Positions 8,930 through 15,365 of a stretch of 32,000 nt of DNA are shown one piece after another. Location of the stretch: the NCBI GenBank assembly GCA_025839675.1, contig CP104013.1, positions 5,160,001 to 5,192,000 of the forward strand, in the 5' to 3' direction. Each line of letters opens with the position of its first letter. Positions within the stretch are counted from its first letter, which is position 1. Position numbers and translations under genes: made by a program. Under the pieces are notes generated by a model that was not told the DNA's origin, did not search any database, and saw nothing but the letters and a program-made list of their open reading frames with translations. The stretch comes from Candidatus Lokiarchaeum ossiferum. GTDB taxonomy: Archaea > Asgardarchaeota > Lokiarchaeia > Sigyniarchaeales > Promethearchaeaceae.

Positions 8930-9123
8930 GTTATCAAGATGAATATACCCAATTATCCGATGAAATGAACGCTATTGACAACGCTCAAGATACTCTCGTT
9001 ATTCTACAAGAATTAGGAAAAATTTGCAAATTTGCTTCTGAATTCGAATTTTCTACAGGTAAATGGTCGAAAGCATGGTTCAAAATAAAATTCAAACGAA
9101 AGGAGATTGAGCAGAAATCATGA
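8926..9123 (+). CDS. Hypothetical small protein (65 aa), translationally coupled to int
   Basis: Its ATG overlaps the int stop (ATGA at 8926-8929). No family recognised. Confidence 0.5.
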   Translation: MSYQDEYTQLSDEMNAIDNAQDTLVILQELGKICKFASEFEFSTGKWSKAWFKIKFKRKEIEQKS

Positions 9124-9464
9124 GTTTCATCCTTAAATCTCTTGAACAACTTCAAGAAAATTCATTTTGTCGAAAAGCCTTTAGAAAACCCTTTGCAGAA
9201 ATTAACACTATTCTACTGGAAAGGATACTTGTTCATCAATTGCAATTCTATTGTGATTTTGATGAACGATGTTTCTTCAATCGAGCCCGAGAAGCCAAAA
9301 TTCCAGATTTTCAAATCGAAAAAATGCTCCAAAGATGGCGATATAATGGGGTTTTAATAGAGAAAAATGGGCTTTATAATTTTAATGAAGGAAAGGAATA
9401 TCAAACAATTCAAAAGAATATGAAATTGAACAGAGCCCAAATAATAGACTCTTATTTTATTTAA
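9120..9464 (+). CDS. Hypothetical protein (114 aa), possibly winged-helix DNA-binding
   Basis: ATGA overlap with the upstream gene (9120-9123). The C-terminal segment MLQRWRYNGVLIEKNGLYNF looks like a recognition helix plus wing; this is weak inference only. Confidence 0.5.
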   Translation: MSFILKSLEQLQENSFCRKAFRKPFAEINTILLERILVHQLQFYCDFDERCFFNRAREAKIPDFQIEKMLQRWRYNGVLIEKNGLYNFNEGKEYQTIQKNMKLNRAQIIDSYFI

Positions 9465-9479
9465 TGGAGTGAAAAAACA

Positions 9480-9653
9480 ATGGGAATAGAAATAAGTGAA
9501 AAAACCAATACCGGGACAATTGATAATCTGGAAGAAATAACTGAGAAAAGTTGTGAAATTTGCGAAAATAAAGATCTTAAATGCCATCTTTGCGATGAAT
9601 TCTCGGAATTCTACAATTTTTCAATCATAACAGAAGGAATTGAGAAAATATGA
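9480..9653 (+). CDS. Small zinc-ribbon protein (57 aa), not in the ORF track
   Basis: My translation: MGIEISEKTNTGTIDNLEEITEKSCEICENKDLKCHLCDEFSEFYNFSIITEGIEKI-stop. It carries CxxC-x6-CxxC. The start is 15 nt after the previous stop, and the stop overlaps the next ATG (ATGA at 9650-9653). Confidence 0.5.
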   Translation: MGIEISEKTNTGTIDNLEEITEKSCEICENKDLKCHLCDEFSEFYNFSIITEGIEKI

Positions 9654-9861
9654 GTAAGAAATGTAAAAATTGTGGGAATGAATTCTTTTTTCCTCATGAA
9701 AAAAAATAGGTGTATGTGATGAGTGCAAAGAAGCCGAATTAGACTATAAAAAATGTTGGGAGAAATTATCTAATTTTTTAAGTTTAGCGTTTTTATCAAC
9801 TGATTCTGTAGAATTGATGGAAATAATGATTGAAATTGAAAAAAAGGTCTTAGAATCATGA
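9650..9861 (+). pseudogene. Zinc-ribbon gene interrupted by a -1 frame change in an A8 run (pseudogene, assembly error or programmed slippage)
   Basis: Frame A reads MSKKCKNCGNEFFFPHEKK-TAG (9707-9709). From 9709 the -1 frame reads GVCDECKEAELDYKKCWEKLSNFLSLAFLSTDSVELMEIMIEIEKKVLES-TGA (9859-9861). Slipping -1 on A8 (9699-9706) joins them into a 70-aa protein whose CxxC...CxxC zinc ribbon is split exactly by the shift. Its stop overlaps the next ATG (9858). Confidence 0.6.
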
Positions 9862-10139
9862 ACTCAGAAAATGAAAAAGATATCACCCTCTTAAACGAGA
9901 TTATTGGATTTCTTAACTACGCATTGGATAGAATAATTCTAATTCCAAGAGGTTTAACTAAAGCAATCAGCAAATCTACGGAATTACTAAATAGATTTAG
10001 AGAAAGAAATGAGTTAGAGAAACCAAATTTTGTTTCATTCACATTTGTAAAATATATTGGATGTATTGATTTAACTCCAAAATCATTCTATCCAAGTGAG
10101 AATAATCTAAATAAAGCAAAATGGTTGAATATTTATTAA
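9858..10139 (+). CDS. Hypothetical protein (93 aa), last gene of the integrase operon
   Basis: Track ORF; ATGA overlap with the upstream frame-shifted gene. No family recognised. Confidence 0.5.
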   Translation: MNSENEKDITLLNEIIGFLNYALDRIILIPRGLTKAISKSTELLNRFRERNELEKPNFVSFTFVKYIGCIDLTPKSFYPSENNLNKAKWLNIY

Positions 10140-10221
10140 CAAAATAATTTTAATTCTTTTTTCAAGTCTATCAATTTTATAAACACTAAATAAAAAAAAA
10201 TTGAAGAATTAAATATTGTAA

Positions 10222-10932
10222 TTATGTATCCTCATCCAAATAAAACCCATATTTCTTTCTACTTTCATTAAGTATTTTTTGCATTTCTGGATCTCCAAGT
10301 GATTCTCGATATATCTTGAATTCCGAATCATCCATAAAAATACAATCATCAAATGCCAATCTTGTAAAATAATTTTTTATTTTATCCTTTAAAACTACAT
10401 TTGCATGGTCAATTATTCTCGCTTTCCAGAAAATATCCAAATTATTTTTAACTAACTCGGTAGGAATTAGGAAAATTGTTTTAAATTTTAAATGAAATGG
10501 TCCCAACTTCGTTCCATTAGGGAAATTTATCTTAGGAAAAAAGTGGTCATTAGGTTTGTTTCTAATAAAATCTCTTATCTGGTGATTGATTGCTTTAATA
10601 CATCTTTCTTTTTGTTTATTAGAGGTCAGTTTTTTAAAATCTTCATAAGAAGTATAGTCTATGTCTATTTTCTTCAATTCCCCAATTACTAGGAAATCTC
10701 CTTTTTTTGCATTTTCAATATTACATGTTTGTGTTAATATTACTCCCATCGTTGGCTCAGGCAAAACTGAGAATTTTACAGTAGGTCGTTTGTCCGTTTT
10801 TAAACAATCAACATAGAAATTCCATTCATCATCAATACCAACAGTATATAAGCTTTCTGGAAGAATTTTCGGAATATCAAATAAGATATCGCCTTGTTCG
10901 ATTCTGTCATTATGCTTAAATTTATAATACAT
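10222..10932 (-). CDS. Hypothetical protein C (236 aa), third gene of a compact three-gene operon
   Basis: Track ORF; it starts 12 nt after the stop of the upstream gene. The N-terminus has RIEQGDILFDIP ... GVILTQTCNIEN. No family recognised. Confidence 0.65.
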   Translation of the reverse strand: MYYKFKHNDRIEQGDILFDIPKILPESLYTVGIDDEWNFYVDCLKTDKRPTVKFSVLPEPTMGVILTQTCNIENAKKGDFLVIGELKKIDIDYTSYEDFKKLTSNKQKERCIKAINHQIRDFIRNKPNDHFFPKINFPNGTKLGPFHLKFKTIFLIPTELVKNNLDIFWKARIIDHANVVLKDKIKNYFTRLAFDDCIFMDDSEFKIYRESLGDPEMQKILNESRKKYGFYLDEDT

Positions 10933-10944
10933 CTAAAATCTCCT

Positions 10945-11508
10945 TTATGAGTTTTTTATTTTCAATAATTTGTATAGTATCCACGCTTGCTCCAAATATT
11001 CTTTCTTCACATTTTTTGAAAGAGAATCAAAATATTCTTTGGAAAAGGAAACTGAGATTTTATCTTTTTGTAGTCTATTCCATTGCAATTCCCCACTTAT
11101 CCTATCTAAAGACTTAATTGATATATGCTTTAATCCTGAATTTCTAAATTGCAAGAAAACATCTTCAAATTTCAATTCTGGTAAGGATTGGTTTTTTATT
11201 GCCAATTCGAGCCAAGTATCCACAAATATATCAAAAAGAAGAGATAAAATAGATTCAGAGTGTTTAGACTTAAAATAATTTAAGATATGTCGAAAGTCAA
11301 TATGTAAGACTTCGTTCTTATATTTCGCTTCCATTGTCGATGAATTAGATGTTTGTTCAAGAATCTGCCTATTATTTCGATACTCAGAAGATTTTGCATT
11401 TTTAATTTCATCAATTTTACTATTTATCCAAGAAGAAAAATCTTCTAAAGAATATTCAAAATTAGCATCATCTTCATTGAAATGTGTTTCTGGATAATTA
11501 AGAGTCAT
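10945..11508 (-). CDS. Hypothetical helical protein B (187 aa), middle gene; contains an R-N-x4-H motif (possible HEPN-type site)
   Basis: Track ORF; its start overlaps the upstream gene by 11 nt. The motif FRNSGLKH lies at residues 121-128. The rest is predicted helical from residue pattern only. Confidence 0.6.
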   Translation of the reverse strand: MTLNYPETHFNEDDANFEYSLEDFSSWINSKIDEIKNAKSSEYRNNRQILEQTSNSSTMEAKYKNEVLHIDFRHILNYFKSKHSESILSLLFDIFVDTWLELAIKNQSLPELKFEDVFLQFRNSGLKHISIKSLDRISGELQWNRLQKDKISVSFSKEYFDSLSKNVKKEYLEQAWILYKLLKIKNS

Positions 11509-12229
11509 CGAATAAACCTACCATAGATTTTGTTTTTTCTGTTAAAAAGTCCTTAAATAATAAAATTAATTTCTGATGAGCAATATCAAGATTTTTCTTT
11601 ATAGATTCAAATTCTTCTGGGTATTTTAAATTTTCATTGATATTGAAGTGTGTTTCAAGTCGAATAGTGTATTCATCCTCATTTTTCGGTGTTACACCCC
11701 TTAATCTTAGAATTGAAGTTGCCCCCTCAATATCTGTCTTGAAATTAAGTCCAATAATAAAATCTTCAAATCCAATCATGTAATCATTTGGATGTTTCAA
11801 TTTCATTTCAAAATTTTCATTTAATCTGAAATTTTCTCTATCAAAGGTAAAAATATCTATATAATCAAGAGAAATTCTAATGATATCTTTAATTTTTAAA
11901 TCATTGAAAATCATTTGACTAATTTGTAAAATTTTTGGAAAAATCTCATGCCAAGATGTATATTTGTCGTTATATTCGAACAATATTGAGTCAGAATAAA
12001 TAAGAATTGCATTATCCTTACTTTCAGATTTGAAGGTTAATGGTGAAAATGAAATCTGTTGTTCCATTACTCTTGAAGAAATTAATCTTATTGTGGTAGG
12101 TTCTGGATAACCTAAATCGCCCAATTTCTCAGATATTTTTGTTACCTTTTGAATCGTGGGTTCTTCAATTTTATTGTAGGAAATTCGAAGTACAAATTTA
12201 TCTAATCGTGGATATTTTAACTTCGTCAT
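11498..12229 (-). CDS. Hypothetical protein A (243 aa), first gene; resembles the TIGR04255 family of uncharacterised proteins
   Basis: Track ORF. The N-terminal PRLDKFVLRISY and the internal IIRISLDYIDIF recall, from memory, the N-terminal strand and the R-[IL]-G-L-R-Y-[IV]-N-like motif of TIGR04255. Not verified. A TATA-like ATATTTAAAT lies about 30 nt upstream on the minus strand. Confidence 0.65.
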   Translation of the reverse strand: MTKLKYPRLDKFVLRISYNKIEEPTIQKVTKISEKLGDLGYPEPTTIRLISSRVMEQQISFSPLTFKSESKDNAILIYSDSILFEYNDKYTSWHEIFPKILQISQMIFNDLKIKDIIRISLDYIDIFTFDRENFRLNENFEMKLKHPNDYMIGFEDFIIGLNFKTDIEGATSILRLRGVTPKNEDEYTIRLETHFNINENLKYPEEFESIKKNLDIAHQKLILLFKDFLTEKTKSMVGLFDDS

Positions 12230-12554
12230 TACTATTACTAAGGAAAATATTCATTTAAATATTGCATGGATTTACTTTCAAAAAAATATTAACCATTTGA
12301 TAACAAATTGGAAACAATTCAATAATTACACCTCTTTTAACATTTAATTTATTGAACAAAATTATTCAATTTTCCACTAACACTCTTTAATAACCCAGAA
12401 TTGAAATTAGAAAGGAATTTATAAATTCTAACAAGCGCTATTTGCGCTTAAACTACTTTTTAACCAGAAATCTCTCAAAAAATTATCCAAAATCAAAGGG
12501 TTATGAATCTATTTTGTAAAACAAAAGAGAAAAAAAAGTGATTAAAATGAGAAT

Positions 12555-12760
12555 AATTGGCGGGTAAGGACTTGGCAAGACCGTTCAATAACCCCGCAGA
12601 TTATATAGTGATTACACCCGAAGGTATCGCATACGAACTATAATCAAATTCAGTGTATGCCACTTACCCTTATTGGCTATTTTACTGAGTAATGTTGCTC
12701 CTTACCCTTGGTTTTTGGTACTAGCAAAGAAGGGATTCGAACCCAATTCAGCCTAAAACA
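12555..12760 (-). ncRNA. Candidate structured non-coding RNA / tRNA-derived relic (GC-enriched island in an AT-rich spacer)
   Basis: No ORF, and visibly more G+C than the flanks. Minus-strand features: ACC-UUCG-GGU hairpin (12625-12616); 6-bp stem 12629-12634/12655-12660; 5-bp stem 12560-12564/12593-12597; an 8-nt complementarity GGGTAAGG (12562-12569) / CCTTACCC (12700-12707); and a tRNA-like 3' end GGGTTCGAATCCC...TGCTAGTACCA (12750-12716). No complete cloverleaf can be drawn. Confidence 0.3.
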
Positions 12761-12837
12761 CCATTACTAATTGAGAAATAGCTCATTCAAGAATTTAAGC
12801 CTTAGACATTGATGATTTTATAGATCATTATACAAAA

Positions 12838-13068
12838 TTATGGTTCAAGATAGGAATAATCATTTACTTTACAGATTTGCTCAAATTTGATGTTATTTTT
12901 AGATTGAAACCAAAATTCAAATTGGATCTTCACAGGATCATTATTTTTTACTGATAAAAATTGAACTATTTTCATATATAATCCATGTTTCTTTAACCAT
13001 TTTTTCAATAGTATCTTTTCCCAATTACATAACCAAATATCCCTTAATTCCTCTGATTTTTTTTTCAT
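12838..13068 (-). CDS. Hypothetical small protein (76 aa), paralogue 1 of a tandem pair
   Basis: Track ORF. About 40 of 76 positions are identical to the neighbouring gene in my hand alignment (e.g. WLKK, QFLS, KIQFE, WF, ICK, LEP). Confidence 0.55.
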   Translation of the reverse strand: MKKKSEELRDIWLCNWEKILLKKWLKKHGLYMKIVQFLSVKNNDPVKIQFEFWFQSKNNIKFEQICKVNDYSYLEP

Positions 13069-13266
13069 AATTTCCTCACATTCGTTTTAAAAACAGTATT
13101 TGAAGTAAGAAATTATAGGAAACTTACCCTTTTAAAGATTAGGTTAGTTAGAATTACATTCCAACTAATTAGGTTTTCAGAGTTTGAGCCACAGAAATTT
13201 AAACGACACTTATTAATTCGCTTAAATATCTCTAACTAAAATGGCAAAAATCCACCCCTATACGAC

Positions 13267-13503
13267 CTATAATCCTGGTTCAAGATCGGAAAAATCAATT
13301 ATCTTACAGATTCGCTTCAATTTGATGTCTTTTTTTGAGTGAAACCATAATTCAAATTGAATCTTCCCAGGTATTTTATTTTTTGATGATAAAAATTGAA
13401 AAATTTCTTGTAATAATCTGTTTTTCTTCAACCAAATTATGAATAATATCTTATCCAATCCACCTAAACGTATTTCCCCTAAATTCACTGATTTTCTATG
13501 CAT
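13267..13503 (-). CDS. Hypothetical small protein (78 aa), paralogue 2 of a tandem pair
   Basis: The track ORF extends to 13551. The ATG at 13503 (MHRKSVNLGEI...) aligns with the start of paralogue 1, and the conserved upstream block AAAAACA(A/G)TATTTGAAGTAAGAA then falls outside both CDSs. Confidence 0.55.
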   Translation of the reverse strand: MHRKSVNLGEIRLGGLDKILFIIWLKKNRLLQEIFQFLSSKNKIPGKIQFELWFHSKKDIKLKRICKIIDFSDLEPGL

Positions 13504-13804
13504 TAATCCCACCATAATCTTTCGCAAAAACAATATTTGAAGTAAGAACATCTAAGAATTATATATTTTTAAGTTTTGGGTTAATAGATTTCTCATGTTC
13601 CGCATTTGGTCGAAAAAATTAGATTTACTAAATTCTAATGGTGTTCTTATGAAGTATAGATACTTGAAGTCAAAAATCTCAAAAAAATACCCATTATTTC
13701 TAATTAATTAGATTAACTGAATTTCATGTATTTCTTCACAATTATTTTAGACTTAAGGTTAAAAATAGAACTAAAAAATCTTTAAAACCCGGATTTCACA
13801 TATC

Positions 13805-13903
13805 TTTTTTTGGTTCTCGTTTTGGTTCTCGAAACATTTTTTGGTTCTATCTCAATTCTGTTTTCGATTCTTTTCTAGATACTTTCATATCACAAGAACC
13901 AAA
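13805..13903. repeat. Iteron-like cluster: three direct copies and one inverted copy of TTTGGTTCT
   Basis: TTTTGGTTCTCG ends at 13819. TTTTGGTTCTCG is at 13820-13831. TTTTGGTTCTAT is at 13839-13850. The inverted copy AGAACCAAA is at 13895-13903. The cluster lies in a 670-bp ORF-free AT-rich spacer. Confidence 0.5.
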
Positions 13904-14224
13904 CACAATTTGGAGCCTTTTTGATTTCGAGAGATGAGATGGTGATTCTTTTCTTTCCCCCACTAAAGAATTATTTTTAATTATTGTGAACTCTATTTCA
14001 ATTAAATTTTTGAAGAATTAGAAGGTTTAGAAAAATATGTCAAATGATAGTTTTAATGACAATCTAAGGTGTTTTTTTGGGTATAGTTTTGGTATAATTC
14101 GATAACAAAAAGAAATATATAAGAGTTAAGAAGATTATAACATAATTGATTATTCCTATCATTTCTAAGATTGAAACGATGAGTAATCGATTGCTAAACA
14201 TATAAATTATCCAAAGGGATCATT

Positions 14225-14473
14225 ATGAAATTAGATATAACAGAAGATAGAATATTGGTTGAAATAGAAGAGGGATCTTTTCGAAGATTTGAAAGAAATC
14301 AGTTAAAATTGGTAAAATTAATTAAAGGAAATCATGTTAGTAATCCAGAAACTGAATTCTTTCGAATCCCTTTAGAAGAAAGAACCAAAACATTGATTGA
14401 ATTCGGTTTTATTGAATTAATAGAAGCAAAAATCCGTGATGGTGGCTTAGTTATTAAAGCGAGGACAAGATAG
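14225..14473 (+). CDS. Hypothetical small protein (82 aa), last gene before attR
   Basis: Track ORF, with AAGGGATCATT-ATG upstream. No family recognised. Confidence 0.45.
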   Translation: MKLDITEDRILVEIEEGSFRRFERNQLKLVKLIKGNHVSNPETEFFRIPLEERTKTLIEFGFIELIEAKIRDGGLVIKARTR

Positions 14474-14610
14474 TACAATCAAAATCCATTTTTTTATTGA
14501 ATTAATAGACTCAAAATATTAGATTTTACTAACACTTGAATATACAAAAGGAGTGCTCTCCCCCGAATGCACCACGGCTTAAGTTTATTGTTTTACAAGT
14601 GTAATTTTTT

Positions 14611-14638
14611 TTGTCCGTTCATTTGTGCGGACATTTCG
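14611..14638. repeat. 28-bp sub-terminal repeat, right copy
   Basis: TTGTCCGTTCATTTGTGCGGACATTTCG; the inverted repeat TGTCC-N12-GGACA is conserved (14612-14616 / 14629-14633). It lies 8 nt before the attR core. Confidence 0.6.
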
Positions 14639-14646
14639 TTTGGGAT

Positions 14647-14661
14647 GTGCCTTTCCCACCA
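14647..14661. repeat. attR core (15 bp, identical to attL core)
   Basis: GTGCCTTTCCCACCA; no tRNA body lies upstream of it. Confidence 0.7.
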
Positions 14662-14741
14662 ATTTATTTTCAAGCGATTGGAAATCTTTGTAAGAAACAC
14701 AATTTGCAATATTCAAATAATATTAAAACAATTACATTGAT

Positions 14742-15194
14742 ATGGATTCCCGAAAATTTTCTTATAATTGTGAAAATTGTGGTACTGAGGTTAACGCCTA
14801 TATACCTAAGTCTTGTATTTCATGTGGCATTAAACTATGTAGGGATTGTCAAATCAACCAACTGTGCAAACCTCATTTCTTAGGAATGAATTCAGTTGAT
14901 CAAACACAAGTTAGGAGTCAAAGCAAAAATATTCAAGTTTTATGGTTGGTTTTAAAGGTATACTTCGCCGCCTTCGTAGTTATTACTCTTTTTATCCGAG
15001 CAAGAAAGTTTTTCGATTTGGGTGATGAAAATGCGTATTTTATAGGAAATATTATTCAATACTCCATGTTTTTTGTATTTATTGCCTTATTTGCAGGGAT
15101 TTATAAATTTACAAATAAGAAAAGAAGGGTAATTAGAAATATATGTTCCAATTCCTTTGGAAACGATGAAAAATCGTTCAAAAATGTTGATTAG
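14742..15194 (+). CDS. Zinc-ribbon membrane protein (N-terminal Cys cluster, two C-terminal TM helices)
   Basis: 150 aa. The Cys cluster is YNCENCGTEV...SCISCGIKLCRDCQINQLCKPHF. The hydrophobic helices are VLWLVLKVYFAAFVVITLFI and YSMFFVFIALFAGIY. Confidence 0.6.
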   Translation: MDSRKFSYNCENCGTEVNAYIPKSCISCGIKLCRDCQINQLCKPHFLGMNSVDQTQVRSQSKNIQVLWLVLKVYFAAFVVITLFIRARKFFDLGDENAYFIGNIIQYSMFFVFIALFAGIYKFTNKKRRVIRNICSNSFGNDEKSFKNVD

Positions 15195-15365
15195 ACTCTT
15201 TGGGATATAATTCAGATTAAATTTGGTTTTACGCTTCCTTTTTTCTCTATAAATATGAATTTTTTACAGTTTTAGGCCATTTCCATTGAAATAAACAAAA
15301 AAGAACTGCGATGATATTTCTTCAACCTTAAGATAAAGCAAAAAAAAAAGATTTAAAATAGTGAG

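Larger units (their letters stand above)
6478..14661. mobile_element. Integrated element (~8.2 kb) in the 3' end of tRNA-Pro, bounded by a 15-bp exact direct repeat and encoding a tyrosine integrase
   Basis: GTGCCTTTCCCACCA occurs at 6478-6492 (tRNA 3' end) and again at 14647-14661. An integrase gene lies at 8126-8929. All ORFs between the repeats are orphan-like, whereas the flanks carry ordinary chromosomal genes. Confidence 0.75.

Noticed and set aside
9142-11278. Overlapping alternative-frame or antisense ORFs inside the element (9142-9357, 9354-9587, 10492-10692, 10970-11278)
   Set aside because: They conflict with the overlap-coupled plus-strand chain or with the compact minus-strand operon, and they have hydrophobic or low-complexity shadow-like composition.
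12716-12800. Possible complete minus-strand tRNA gene
   Set aside because: Only a T-loop-like GGGTTCGAATCCC, an acceptor-like strand and CCA are present. The T stem has only 3 clean base pairs and no complementary 5' acceptor strand or anticodon arm could be found, so I did not call it a tRNA. It is kept as part of the RNA-like island finding.
14611-14883. 90-aa plus-strand ORF starting in the sub-terminal repeat
   Set aside because: It reads straight through the 28-bp repeat and the attR core and overlaps the better-supported zinc-ribbon membrane protein ORF (14742-15194) in another frame.
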